63,179 nucleotides of DNA, taken from NCBI GenBank assembly GCA_945892765.1, contig CAMDDQ010000003.1:1-63179 (forward strand), in the 5' to 3' direction. The DNA comes from Asaia bogorensis (GTDB taxonomy: Bacteria > Pseudomonadota > Alphaproteobacteria > CACIAM-22H2). The position numbers and the translations under genes are program-made. Of this stretch, positions 48,786-61,157 are shown in pieces (within the stretch, counting starts at the first letter, position 1; every line of letters begins with the position of its first letter). The notes under the pieces are model-generated. The model ran no database searches, was not told the DNA's origin, and saw only the letters and a program-made list of their open reading frames with translations.

Positions 48786-48822
48786 GAAAAAACAAGCGCG
48801 AAGAGTCTCCCCTTCGCGCTTG
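48786..48822 (-). terminator. rho-independent terminator downstream of the cytochrome pseudogene
   Basis: CAAGCGCGAAG-8 nt-CTTCGCGCTTG stem followed on the minus strand by a T6-7 run (plus-strand GAAAAAA at 48786-48792). Confidence 0.7.
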
Positions 48823-48852
48823 CCCGAAACCGAAGTATCTCTCGAAAAAAAC

Positions 48853-49317
48853 CTATCTGCTCCGGAAAGTCTCGCGGCAACCGCCGCAGGCTTGCTGAGT
48901 GGCGGTGATCTGGGCCTTTAGCGCGTTTTCGTCGGTGCCCTTGGCAGCTACGATCAACTTCGCCGATTCCGCCTCGAACTTTTTCGCGGCGGCCACGAAG
49001 TCATCCCTCTTGGACCAGATTTCGGGCTTGGCACGAGTCTCCGCGCCGGCGTTAGACCCGGCCGGAAAGAGAGAAGGAATCTGCATCCTAACGGCGTTGA
49101 GGGCCGTCGCAAATTCGACAAATCCGCCTTTGAACGTCACGGTGCCCTTGGCGAATTCGCCCATTGCACCCATGTGCGACGTGTTAGCCGTCATCAGCGA
49201 CTTCCGCTATTTGATCACATTGGCCGGTTCATCGGCGGCCTGGACCATGCCCGCGACGCCGGTTAAGCAAAAAGCGAGCCCGGCAATAATCGCCGTCTTA
49301 TTCACACGATACTTCAC
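48853..49317 (-). pseudogene. class II cytochrome c (c556/c'-like) pseudogene: in-frame TAG plus CxxCH-to-CxxCR
   Basis: GTG 49317 with upstream GGAGGAAAG opens a signal peptide, VKYRVNKTAIIAGLAFCLTGVAGMVQAADEPANVIK. TAG at 49209-49207 falls where both paralogues have Tyr (IAYRR / IRYRQ). The frame then continues RKSLMTANTSHMGAMGEFAKG... The C-terminal motif reads CGGCRE instead of CxxCH. Confidence 0.75.
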
Positions 49318-49476
49318 GGTCTTTCCTCCATGGATATTCCGACAGGGCATTCCCAGTCGACTGCACGCAATTTGAACACGTTGCCATCGACACTATTATG
49401 AACACATCGCGACCGAAATTATTCCCAACCAACCAGGGCGGGGGCTCAAATCACAACGTCTTGATCGCGAAAAGGA

Positions 49477-49502
49477 AAGCGGCGAGCCAATAGGCTCGCC
49501 GC
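49477..49502 (-). terminator. rho-independent terminator candidate downstream of cytochrome gene 49554-50042
   Basis: AGCGGCGAGCC-aata-GGCTCGCCGCT, an 11-bp stem followed on the minus strand by TTCCTTTTCG. Confidence 0.65.
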
Positions 49503-49553
49503 TCTGCCAGACCCTCGGCCCGCCACAGCAGGGCCGAGCACTGTCGAAGTTTA

Positions 49554-50042
49554 CTATTTCGCCGCGGGTGGCAGCGGCTTGCGGAAGGGCTGATGGCAGC
49601 CGCCGCAGGCCTGCGCGACCTTTCCGATCTGGTCCTTCATTGCGGCCTCATTGCCGGCCGCGGCCACTTCGGCCAGCTTCGTACCTTCTTCGCCCAGGCG
49701 TTTTGCCGCGGCCAAGAAATCCGCATTTTTCTGCCAAATCTCGGGTTTAGCGTTGGTCCTGCCGGTATCGGTGCCCGCGGGAAACATTCCGGGGAGCTCG
49801 AGGGATGTTCCAACCAACGCGGCCGCGTAGGCTTTGATCGTTTCCTTTGTCACAATCGTGACCTCGCCCTTGGCAAAGGCGTTGAGGGCCGCCAGATAGT
49901 CCGCGTTCCCCTTCATAGCTTCCTGCCGATAGCGAATCATGTCCAGGGGGCGTGCCTGGGCGAACGCCTCGGCCGCGATTCCAGCGGCCGCGAGTGCAAC
50001 GCCACCGATCATCATGCCGATCGCCAAATTGCGTCTCATCAA
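49554..50042 (-). CDS. class II cytochrome c (cytochrome c556/c'-family)
   Basis: Signal peptide, four-helix-bundle-type sequence, single C-terminal heme site ACGGCHQPFR, N-terminal Met candidate ligand (YRQEAMKG). Confidence 0.8.
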   Translation of the reverse strand: MMRRNLAIGMMIGGVALAAAGIAAEAFAQARPLDMIRYRQEAMKGNADYLAALNAFAKGEVTIVTKETIKAYAAALVGTSLELPGMFPAGTDTGRTNAKPEIWQKNADFLAAAKRLGEEGTKLAEVAAAGNEAAMKDQIGKVAQACGGCHQPFRKPLPPAAK

Positions 50043-50103
50043 ACTCCTCCCATCTTCGAATGCGCCAAATATTGAACCAAGCGAGTCGCGGTTACCCGCG
50101 ACA

Positions 50104-51048
50104 TCATCTCGGCCGCTCTATCTTGTGGTCGATCGGGGGCAGCGAAAGGATGTATTTGGACATCGCCGTCCGATCCGCGTCTGTCATCTTGCTTGTGCTT
50201 TCGCGCACGACCTCGGCCATAAGGCCGCCTACGACGTCACCGCCCGGTACCGCGCCAGTCTTCAACATGTAGGCGAAATCGATGTCGTCCCATTCGCCAA
50301 TGCCGGTCGCCTCATGTGGCGTGATATTCGGGGCCATCTCGCCTTCCGGCCCGTCGATCGATCCAGCCATCCACCTGCTGCGATCCATTCCGCCCAACAG
50401 GTTGCGCGGCGTATGGCATTCGGCGCAATGGCCGAGCGCCTCGGTCAGATACGCGCCCCGGTTCCATTCCGCGGATTTCGCGGGATCAGGCTTGTATACG
50501 CCTTCCTTGAAGAAAAGCATTTTCCAGCCGATCTGCAGGAATCGGAGATTGAAGGGGAAGCCGATGTCGTGAGGTTTGTTAGCCTGCGCGACCGGCGGCA
50601 GCGAAAAGATATAGGCCTTCAAATCTTTGATGTCCTGATCGGTCATCAAAGTAAACGACGTGTAGGGGAAGACCGGAAAATAGTGCGATCCGTTGGGCGA
50701 AATGCCCTCGCGCAAGGCGCGGGTGAAGTCGGCATCAGTCCACTTGCCGATGCCGTTCACCGGGTCCGCGGTGATATTGGGGCTGTAGAAGGTTCCAAAG
50801 GGCGTGGGCAGAGCCCGGCCGCCGGCCAGTTGGGCGCCCTTGTTCTTGGTATCGGTGTGGCAGGGCGCGCAATCGGCGGCCCTGAAGACATATTCCCCGC
50901 GCTTGATCGCATCGGCATTGGCCTGCGCCGCGGCCGGCGAGGCCGCCGCGAGCATCCCGCCCGCGATCACGAGCAGGGAGGCGAGGCCATTCAGGAGCAC
51001 GTTCGCCGGGGTGGCGGTCATCGGATCACCGTTTTGCATCGGGCCCAA
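50104..51048 (-). CDS. diheme c-type cytochrome (dehydrogenase cytochrome-c-subunit-like)
   Basis: Signal/TM segment and two CxxCH sites (CAPCH, CAECH). Resembles the cytochrome subunits of membrane-bound dehydrogenases. Confidence 0.8.
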   Translation of the reverse strand: MGPMQNGDPMTATPANVLLNGLASLLVIAGGMLAAASPAAAQANADAIKRGEYVFRAADCAPCHTDTKNKGAQLAGGRALPTPFGTFYSPNITADPVNGIGKWTDADFTRALREGISPNGSHYFPVFPYTSFTLMTDQDIKDLKAYIFSLPPVAQANKPHDIGFPFNLRFLQIGWKMLFFKEGVYKPDPAKSAEWNRGAYLTEALGHCAECHTPRNLLGGMDRSRWMAGSIDGPEGEMAPNITPHEATGIGEWDDIDFAYMLKTGAVPGGDVVGGLMAEVVRESTSKMTDADRTAMSKYILSLPPIDHKIERPR

Positions 51049-51054
51049 CGCGAC

Positions 51055-51546
51055 CTAACGATTAATGCGGAACGGCTCGTGGCAGATCGCGCAGGCGCGG
51101 CTCATGTTTTCGATCTCGCTGGTGAGCACCTGGTTATCACTACCCTTCACCGCGGCCAGCAATTTTTCGCCGGCGCCCACGACCTGGACGACAATCTTGT
51201 TGAACTCGTCGGTTTTCTGCCAAATGGCCGGATCGGCGATGGTGTCGCCGCCCTTTTCCGTGCCCTTTGGGAATACGCTCGGGATTTCCTTGGAGCCCGC
51301 GATGATGGCCTCGGTCCAACCGGCGAAACCCGCCTTGGAGGTTGTCCGCCCCTTCGCGAAGCTCGCCATCGCGTCGAGGTGGTGGCCCATGGCGAGCATC
51401 ACCGCCCGACGATAAGCAATGATTTTCTCCGGCTCGTTGGCCGCGGACGCACTGAAATCGGCGCCGAAAAGCGCCGCCAGGCCAATGCCGCCAATGATCA
51501 AACCCTTGGTAACGCTCCGTCGCATCAATTCCTCCCGTCGTCGCAA
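51055..51546 (-). CDS. class II cytochrome c (cytochrome c556/c'-family)
   Basis: Paralogue of 49554-50042. Signal peptide, AYRRAVMLAMG, C-terminal CAICHEPFR. ATG at 51525 is an alternative start. Confidence 0.8.
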   Translation of the reverse strand: MRRREELMRRSVTKGLIIGGIGLAALFGADFSASAANEPEKIIAYRRAVMLAMGHHLDAMASFAKGRTTSKAGFAGWTEAIIAGSKEIPSVFPKGTEKGGDTIADPAIWQKTDEFNKIVVQVVGAGEKLLAAVKGSDNQVLTSEIENMSRACAICHEPFRINR

Positions 51547-51714
51547 GCCAAATCTACGCTCCCAGACAGGACTTTTTGATCCAGTCTGGTTCGGCGCAAG
51601 TGAAGTCTGTATAGCAGAGCCCTAGGCAGGGTGGAAGCCCCAGCGCCGTGGACTATCCACCGCAGGCGGCGGCACCCGCGCAGGTCGTCATTTTCATGGT
51701 GTAGGACCCCGCAC

Positions 51715-52299
51715 ATGGCCGAAATCCAGTCCTTGTGCGTTTTCTGTGGATCCTCAAATTCAGGGCCAGCGGCGCACCGCGACGCCGCGGCGCAATTTGG
51801 TACGGTGCTCGCGCATTCCGGCATCCACCTGGTCTTTGGCGGCGGCCGCGTCGGCCTCATGGGGGTCGTGGCCGATGCCGCACTGGCGGCCGGCGGGCGT
51901 GTGACCGGGGTCATACCCAAATTCCTGGAGGTCATCGAAGTCGGGCATCCCGGCGCCACGCAATTGCTGGTGGTCGACAACATGCACACGCGAAAACGCA
52001 AGATGTTCGATATGTCCGAGGCGTTCGTTATCCTGCCGGGCGGCCTGGGGACGTTGGACGAGATGTTCGAAGTCTTGACCTGGAAATACCTCGGCCTCCA
52101 CGCCAAGCCGATCGTCATCGCCGATTTCGACGGCTATTGGCAGCCCCTGCTGACGCAAATCTCGAGCCAGATACAAAACGGCTACACCGCGACTGAAGCT
52201 CAAAAAATATTTTCAGTGGTCGAAAGGGTCGAGGATATTCTGCCCGCGATTGAATCTGCGCGCGTCACACTCGCCGCCCCGGCATCCGAACGGCTGTGA
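51715..52299 (+). CDS. LOG family protein (TIGR00730 Rossmann-fold nucleotide hydrolase)
   Basis: [28 protein letters not shown] motifs. ATG at 51715. Confidence 0.85.
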   Translation: MAEIQSLCVFCGSSNSGPAAHRDAAAQFGTVLAHSGIHLVFGGGRVGLMGVVADAALAAGGRVTGVIPKFLEVIEVGHPGATQLLVVDNMHTRKRKMFDMSEAFVILPGGLGTLDEMFEVLTWKYLGLHAKPIVIADFDGYWQPLLTQISSQIQNGYTATEAQKIFSVVERVEDILPAIESARVTLAAPASERL

Positions 52300-52352
52300 G
52301 CCAGGCGGCCCGTGCGGCCGAGACTCTTCGATTCCGCAACGGGAGTACAGAT

Positions 52353-53567
52353 ATGAAAAAGATCAAGGTCGCCAATCCCATCGTCGACGTCGATGGCGAC
52401 GAAATGACGCGCATATTCTGGAAGATGATCAAGGATCGATTGATCCTCCCCTATCTCGACATCGACGTGAAATATTTCGACCTGGGCATTGAAAATCGCG
52501 ATGCCACCGAAGATCGGGTCACGGTCGAAGCCGCCGAGGCGATCCAAAAATACCGGGTCGGCGTGAAATGCGCGACCATTACGCCCGACGAGACACGCGT
52601 GACCGAATTCAAACTCAAAAAGATGTGGAAATCGCCGAACGGCACGATCCGCAACATACTCGACGGCACCGTGTTTCGCGAACCGATCATCTGCAAGAAC
52701 GTCCCGCGCCTTATCACGACCTGGACACAACCCATCGTCATCGGCCGCCACGCTTTCGGCGATCAATATCGCGCCACCGATTTTCGGGTGCCCGGTCCCG
52801 GCAAGCTGACGATGACGTTCACGCCGACCGGCGGCGGCAAACCGGTGCAATACGACGTGTTCGATTTCCCCAGCTCCGGCGTCGCGCTCGGCATGTACAA
52901 TTTGGACGACTCAATTCGCGGCTTCGCCCGCGCCTGCTGCAACTACGCGCTGAACCGCGGCTGGCCGCTCTATCTCTCGACCAAGAACACCATCCTCAAA
53001 GCCTATGACGGACGCTTCAAGGACATCTTCCAAGAGGTGTTCGAAAAGGAATTCACCGGCCCCTTCGCGGCGAAGAAGTTGAGCTACGAACATCGGCTGA
53101 TCGACGACATGGTGGCGACGGCGCTCAAGGTCAGCGGCGGTTTTGTCTGGGCCTGCAAGAATTATGACGGCGACGTGCAATCGGATTCGCTGGCTCAAGG
53201 GTTCGGATCGCTTGGCCTGATGACGTCGGTGCTGCTAACGCCCGACGGCAAGGTAGTGGAGGCGGAGGCCGCCCACGGCACCGTCACGCGCCATTACCGC
53301 GAGCACCAGCAGGGACGCGAGACCTCGACCAACCCGATCGCCTCGATCTTCGCTTGGACGCGGGGGCTCGCCTATCGCGGCGAGTTCGACGGGACGCCCG
53401 AGGTCAAGCGTTTTGCCGACACGCTGGAAAAGGTCTGCATCGACACCGTCGAAGCCGGCGACATGACAAAAGACCTCGCCGTGTTGGTCGGGCCGAAGCA
53501 GAAATGGCTGACGACGCGTCAGTATTTCGACAAGGTCGATGCAAATTTGAAAAAGATCTTGGCGTAA
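52353..53567 (+). CDS. icd: NADP-dependent isocitrate dehydrogenase (homodimeric, eukaryote-like type)
   Basis: [21 protein letters not shown]..., [17 protein letters not shown] and NYDGDVQSD motifs. 404 aa. Confidence 0.95.
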   Translation: MKKIKVANPIVDVDGDEMTRIFWKMIKDRLILPYLDIDVKYFDLGIENRDATEDRVTVEAAEAIQKYRVGVKCATITPDETRVTEFKLKKMWKSPNGTIRNILDGTVFREPIICKNVPRLITTWTQPIVIGRHAFGDQYRATDFRVPGPGKLTMTFTPTGGGKPVQYDVFDFPSSGVALGMYNLDDSIRGFARACCNYALNRGWPLYLSTKNTILKAYDGRFKDIFQEVFEKEFTGPFAAKKLSYEHRLIDDMVATALKVSGGFVWACKNYDGDVQSDSLAQGFGSLGLMTSVLLTPDGKVVEAEAAHGTVTRHYREHQQGRETSTNPIASIFAWTRGLAYRGEFDGTPEVKRFADTLEKVCIDTVEAGDMTKDLAVLVGPKQKWLTTRQYFDKVDANLKKILA

Positions 53568-53576
53568 GGTGGAATT

Positions 53577-53598
53577 GGGCGGGCCTCTCGGCCCGCCC
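53577..53598. terminator. GC-rich hairpin between convergent icd and alaS (bidirectional terminator candidate)
   Basis: GGGCGGGCC-tctc-GGCCCGCCC, a perfect 9-bp stem lying between the two stop codons. Confidence 0.65.
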
Positions 53599-53606
53599 TA
53601 AGAAAA

Positions 53607-56261
<2,655 letters not shown>

Positions 56262-56491
56262 GGCTTCGTCCTTGAGGAAAACCGCAGGCGCACCCGGAAC
56301 TTGGGGCCCTCAAGGCTCCCGCATCCGTGCGGCCGGTCCGGCATCGCCGTGTTGATGTAGCCTGGGGCCGGAGATGTGTCCAGAAGGCGCTCGGCGGATC
56401 GGACCCGCGCACGCGTAAGGGGTCCCGATTTGTCGCGTGACTTAAGGCCTCGGACGGCGACCGTCCAAGGCCGCGCACGCCGAAAGGAACA

Positions 56492-56515
56492 GGGCCGGGG
56501 GATTGGCCCCGGCCC
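56492..56515 (-). terminator. rho-independent terminator candidate downstream of recA
   Basis: GGGCCGGGG..CCCCGGCCC stem about 10 nt after the recA stop. On the minus strand it is followed by TGTTCCTTTCGG. Confidence 0.6.
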
Positions 56516-56524
56516 CGATTTTGT

Positions 56525-57598
<1,074 letters not shown>

Positions 57599-57651
57599 GA
57601 TGCACCTTTCCTTATTTCACAGGGTTTTAAGTGATGCAACGTAAGGCCAAT

Positions 57652-57666
57652 GTACATGATTTGTTC
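57652..57666. promoter_or_regulatory. candidate alphaproteobacterial SOS (LexA) box upstream of recA: GTAC-N7-GTTC
   Basis: tGTACATGATTTGTTC lies 54-68 nt upstream of the recA ATG. It resembles the GTTC-N7-GTTC direct-repeat LexA motif, with one half-site deviating (GTAC). Confidence 0.5.
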
Positions 57667-57708
57667 AAATATTTTCCCGCCCGGAGGCGGTTGCGTTGAG
57701 ACGGGATT

Positions 57709-57723
57709 GTACACATTTTGTTC
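57709..57723. promoter_or_regulatory. second candidate SOS (LexA) box upstream of recA: GTAC-N7-GTTC
   Basis: tGTACACATTTTGTTC is a near copy of the first box, 57 nt further upstream, in the same AT-rich recA leader. Confidence 0.5.
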
Positions 57724-57761
57724 TCACATACAAGCATTACAAAATTTTGGTTTTAGCCGGC

Positions 57762-58600
57762 CTACCCAAGGGCTTCCTTGACCGCGGTGGCGAGCACCTC
57801 GAGCGTGAAGGGTTTGAGGAGGAAATTCACATTCTTCAGATGCTCCAGGCGCTTACGTAGGGATTCCTCAGCGTAGCCGGAATGCAGATGACCTTGAGTT
57901 TGGGATGGGTTTCACGCGCATTGCGGATCAATGTCGGCCCATCCATCTGCCGCATGACGACATCGGTTACGAGTAGATCGATGCCCGCGCCATGTTGGGC
58001 GAGCAGTTCCAGCGCACCTTCGCCGCTTTCGGCCTCGATCACCCGGTAGCCCTTGTTGCGCAGAGCGCGGACGCTGAACAGGCGCACGACGTCTTCGTCC
58101 TCGACCAACAAAACGGTGCCGACTCCGGTTATATCCTTGGCTGGCGTGGAAACCGGCATGGCCGGTCGGGCGACTTCGGGCGGTGCCGCGTGGCGCGGGA
58201 GAAGGATACTGAAATTAGCCCCCTCGCCCGGCGCGCTCTCGACATAAACGAGCCCACCGGTTTGGCGAACGATGCCGTAGACCGTCGACAGACCGAGCCC
58301 GGTGCCGGAGCCGACCGCCTTGGTCGAAAAGAACGGCTCGAAGATGCGGCCGACGATCTCCTTGGGAATGCCCGTGCCGGTATCCACGACCTCGATCAAC
58401 ACATAATCCCCCGCCGGCACCGATTCGGAGCCCCGTCGCAATGGCTCCGTCACCCTCCGATTGCTGGTGCGGATCGTGAGCGTACCGCCACTGGCCATGG
58501 CGTCGCGGGCGTTAACGGCGAGATTGATGATGACCTGCTCGAATTGGCCTTGGTCGACCTTGATCTGGCCGAGGCTCGCCCCGCCCTTCGCCAGAACGTG
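57762..58600 (-). pseudogene. CckA-like hybrid sensor histidine kinase/response regulator remnant (N-terminal sensor and HisKA missing; 1-nt frameshift near 57880)
   Basis: Only the HATPase_c domain (QFEQVIINLAVNARDAM, DTGTGIP, GTGLGLSTVYGIVRQTGG) and the receiver (VLLVEDED..LLVTDVVM) are present. After KVICI the frame yields PATLRNPYVSAWSI*, whereas a neighbouring frame continues SGYAEESLRKRLEHLKNVNFLLKPFTLEVLATAVKEALG* to TAG at 57764-57762. Confidence 0.75.
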
Positions 58601-59458
58601 GTCGTCGAAGGCGCCACCATTCGCCTCGGCGATCTGTTCGACGATGCCGGCGCCAAGGCCGGCGAGCCGGTGGCCGCCGCCCCCGCCCCCGGACGTAAGA
58701 TTTTGTTCGAGGCAAGTTGGTTGAGTGACATCGCGCGGACCTACCGACTGTCCTGGCGTCCGGCAAGCCGCTATGACCGAACCGTCGTCGAACGCGCGGG
58801 CCGCCGCTTCGACGCGGCCGAGATCACCGGCCGCCTAAGGCTCGCCCTGGTCGCCGCCGGTGCCCCCGGCGATTCTGAAATCGAAATCGCCAACCGCGAT
58901 CTCGAAATGTTCGTCGCCATCGAGGCCCCGGCCACGATCGAGATCCAAAATCTTTCCTTCGATCGCAACACCAGCCGCTTTTCCGCGGTTGCCGCCGTCG
59001 GCGGCGATCATCCGAGCGCGGCGCGCACGGCCGTCAACGGCCGCATTTATCGCACGGCGCAGGTTCCCGTGTTGCGGCGCCCAATCGGCGCCGGCGACGT
59101 CATCGCCAAGTCCGACATTGAAATGGTGAGGATACGGGAGGAACGCCTTCGCCCGGGAACAATCGTCGATGCTTCGGATTTGATTGGTTTCACGCCGTGC
59201 CTGCGCGTGCGGGCCGGAGACCCGGTGCGCGAGGACGAGATCCGTCCACCGATCCTTGTCGCCAAGAACAGCCTGGTGACCATCGTTCTGCGAACCAACA
59301 GTATGATCCTGACGGTTCAAGGCAAGGCGCTCGAAGACGGGGCCAAGAACGACGTCATCCAAGTCATGAACCTGCAAAGCAAGAAGATCCTCGACGGGCA
59401 GGTCGTGGAATCGGGCACCGTCACGGTGGCCGGCCAGTCAATCCTAGCCGCCCAATGA
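58598..59458 (+). CDS. flgA: flagellar basal-body P-ring formation chaperone FlgA, lacking native start and signal peptide
   Basis: VVVEGATIRLGDLFDDAG..AAAPAPGRK.. and the C-terminal SAF/FlgA domain (VLVAKNSLVTIVLRTNSMILTVQGKALEDGAKNDVIQVMNLQSKKIL). No signal peptide: upstream in-frame sequence is antisense to the kinase remnant. GTG 58598 is only a possible surrogate start. Confidence 0.7.
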   Translation: MVVEGATIRLGDLFDDAGAKAGEPVAAAPAPGRKILFEASWLSDIARTYRLSWRPASRYDRTVVERAGRRFDAAEITGRLRLALVAAGAPGDSEIEIANRDLEMFVAIEAPATIEIQNLSFDRNTSRFSAVAAVGGDHPSAARTAVNGRIYRTAQVPVLRRPIGAGDVIAKSDIEMVRIREERLRPGTIVDASDLIGFTPCLRVRAGDPVREDEIRPPILVAKNSLVTIVLRTNSMILTVQGKALEDGAKNDVIQVMNLQSKKILDGQVVESGTVTVAGQSILAAQ

Positions 59459-59502
59459 CCCGCGAATTTTCAGGCCAAGTCCCGGCCCCGAAGGAGACTC
59501 CA

Positions 59503-59947
59503 ATGTCCCGCACCCGCCTTTCCCGTTTGATGTCTCGCGTTTTGATCGCCGTCATGGCCATTGCGCCGGGAGCATGCACGGGCACACTCGACCGCCTCGC
59601 GCAGGTCGGCGACCAACCGCCGTTGACGCGAATTCAGAATCCGCAGGCAGTTCCTGGCTATCAGCCCGTTTCGATGCCGATGCCGCCGCCCTTGCCCAAC
59701 GATCGCGGCAGCAATTCCCTGTGGCGGCCGGGCGCGCGGGCGTTCTTCAAGGATCAACGCGCGAACCAAGTCGGCGATATCGTCACTGTCTTGATCACGA
59801 TGAGCGAGAACGCGTCATTGAGCAACTCCACGGAACGCACGCGGACGAACACCGAGAGCGCGGCGATGCCCAAGCTCCTCGGCTATGAAGGAAAAGAGCT
59901 GCGGAAAGTGCTCCCGGAAGCGCTCGACCCAACGAACCTCATTGGCC
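59503..59947 (+). pseudogene. flgH: flagellar L-ring protein FlgH, 5' fragment (interrupted by IS)
   Basis: AAGGAG RBS at 59491, ATG 59503, signal peptide ending IAPGAC, then SLWRPGARAFFKDQRANQVGDIVTVLI. FlgH similarity stops at the IS left end. Confidence 0.85.
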
Positions 59948-59977
59948 TGCTGCCGGTTTTGTGGACACCGAGTTAGG
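59948..59977. repeat. IS left terminal inverted repeat (TGCTGCCGGTTTTGTGGACACCGAGTTAGG)
   Basis: Matches the reverse complement of 61153-61182 at 20/21 terminal positions and about 24/30 overall. Preceded by the GGCC target duplication at 59944-59947. Confidence 0.85.
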
Positions 59978-60000
59978 TGTTTTGATGGAACCGGAGGTAG

Positions 60001-60294
60001 GTGATGGAGAGACGGAAGTTTACGCGCGAGTTCAAGCTTGAGGCAGTGAAGCTGATCAGGGATCGCGGGGTGGGCTATGCGCAAGCCTCGCGCGATCTGG
60101 GTGTTCATCCGACGGTGCTGCGGAGCTGGGTGAAGGCGCTTGCCGATGACCCACAGCAGGCATTCCCGGGCTACGGTCAGATGAAGCCCGAGCAGGCGGA
60201 GATCGCGCGGCTGAAGCGCGAAGTGATCAAGCTGAAGGCCGAACGGGACATCCTAAAAAAAGCCGCGGCCTACTTCGCGAAGGAATCGATGTGA
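60001..60294 (+). CDS. IS3 family transposase OrfA (HTH)
   Basis: RRKFTREFKLEAVKLI..GVGYAQASRDLGVHPTVLRSWVK plus a leucine-zipper-like tail ending KKAAAYFAKES, the classical IS3 OrfA layout. Confidence 0.9.
   Translation: MMERRKFTREFKLEAVKLIRDRGVGYAQASRDLGVHPTVLRSWVKALADDPQQAFPGYGQMKPEQAEIARLKREVIKLKAERDILKKAAAYFAKESM
60255..60262 (+). promoter_or_regulatory. programmed -1 ribosomal frameshift slippery site (AAAAAAAG) of the IS3 element
   Basis: A7G run near the end of orfA. orfB (60291-61157) is in the -1 frame relative to orfA and overlaps it. Confidence 0.75.
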
Positions 60295-61157
60295 GGTTCG
60301 CCTTCATCGCGAAGCATCGAGGGATATGGCCGGCGGGATGGATGTGCGGGGCGCTCGGTGTCTCGCGGGCTGGCTACCATGCCTGGCTGATACGGCCACG
60401 CAGCCGGCGCAGTCGCGACGACGAGGAACTGGGCACGAAGGTGCGGTCGAGCTTCGTGGCGAGCGATCGGACCTACGGGGCCAGGAGGGTGTGGCACGAC
60501 CTGCTTGCCGAGGGCGTGCCGTGCGGGTTGCATCGGATCGAGCGGCTGATGCGGCGCCAAGCCCTGCGGGCGAGGCCACGCCGACGCCGCCTGCCGTCCG
60601 ACACCGGTGAGCGATCCACCAGCGCCATTGCCGCGAACGTGCTGGACCGTACCTTCGAGGCACCGGCTCCCAACCGCAAATGGATCGCCGACTTCACCTA
60701 TATCTGGACGGCGGAGGGCTGGCTCTACGTGGCGGCCGTGGTCGATCTCTTCTCCCGCCGCGTGGTCGGCTGGTCGATGAGCGCGACCATGACGGCGCAG
60801 CTCGTCACCGACGCCCTCATCATGGCGATCTGGCGGCGGGGCAAGCCCGACGCGCTGCTGCACCACTCCGATCGCGGCAGCCAGTACACCAGCGAACAGT
60901 TCCAGCGCCTGATGGCCGATCACGGCGTCACCTGCTCGATGAGCCGCTCGGGCAACGTCTGGGACAACGCGGCGATGGAGAGCTTCTTCTCTTCATTGAA
61001 GATCGAGCGCACGGCGCGCAAGACCTATCGGACACGGGACGAAGCAAAGGCCGATGTGTTCGATTGCGTCGAACGCTTCTACAATCCGAAACGGCGCCAC
61101 TCGACCATCGGCTATGTCAGTCCAATGGAGTTCGAAATGAAGGCTGAATTAGCTTAA
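60291..61157 (+). CDS. IS3 family transposase OrfB (DDE integrase core; normally made as OrfAB fusion)
   Basis: rve/DDE core: WIADFTYI (D), HHSDRGSQYTS (D), NAAMESFFSSLK (E), and a C-terminal YNPKRRHSTIGYVSPMEFE. Confidence 0.9.
   Translation: MRFAFIAKHRGIWPAGWMCGALGVSRAGYHAWLIRPRSRRSRDDEELGTKVRSSFVASDRTYGARRVWHDLLAEGVPCGLHRIERLMRRQALRARPRRRRLPSDTGERSTSAIAANVLDRTFEAPAPNRKWIADFTYIWTAEGWLYVAAVVDLFSRRVVGWSMSATMTAQLVTDALIMAIWRRGKPDALLHHSDRGSQYTSEQFQRLMADHGVTCSMSRSGNVWDNAAMESFFSSLKIERTARKTYRTRDEAKADVFDCVERFYNPKRRHSTIGYVSPMEFEMKAELA

Noticed and set aside
49207-49209. The in-frame TAG in the cytochrome paralogue as programmed recoding (pyrrolysine or readthrough).
   Set aside because: No Pyl machinery or recoding context is evident. 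The paralogues have Tyr at this site (a single-base change), and the same gene has also lost the heme-ligand His. Pseudogenisation is the simpler explanation.
57992-59458. The 488-aa ORF read as a single large protein.
   Set aside because: Only the part from about 58,590 onward resembles FlgA. The 5' third is the antisense of the kinase remnant's HATPase/receiver domains and has no independent support.
59944-59947. A 3-bp target duplication (as in the IS3/IS150 subgroups) instead of 4 bp.
   Set aside because: Only the 4-bp GGCC is identical as a direct repeat on both sides of the TG..CA termini. Only a 3n+1 duplication keeps the two flgH halves in frame after excision.
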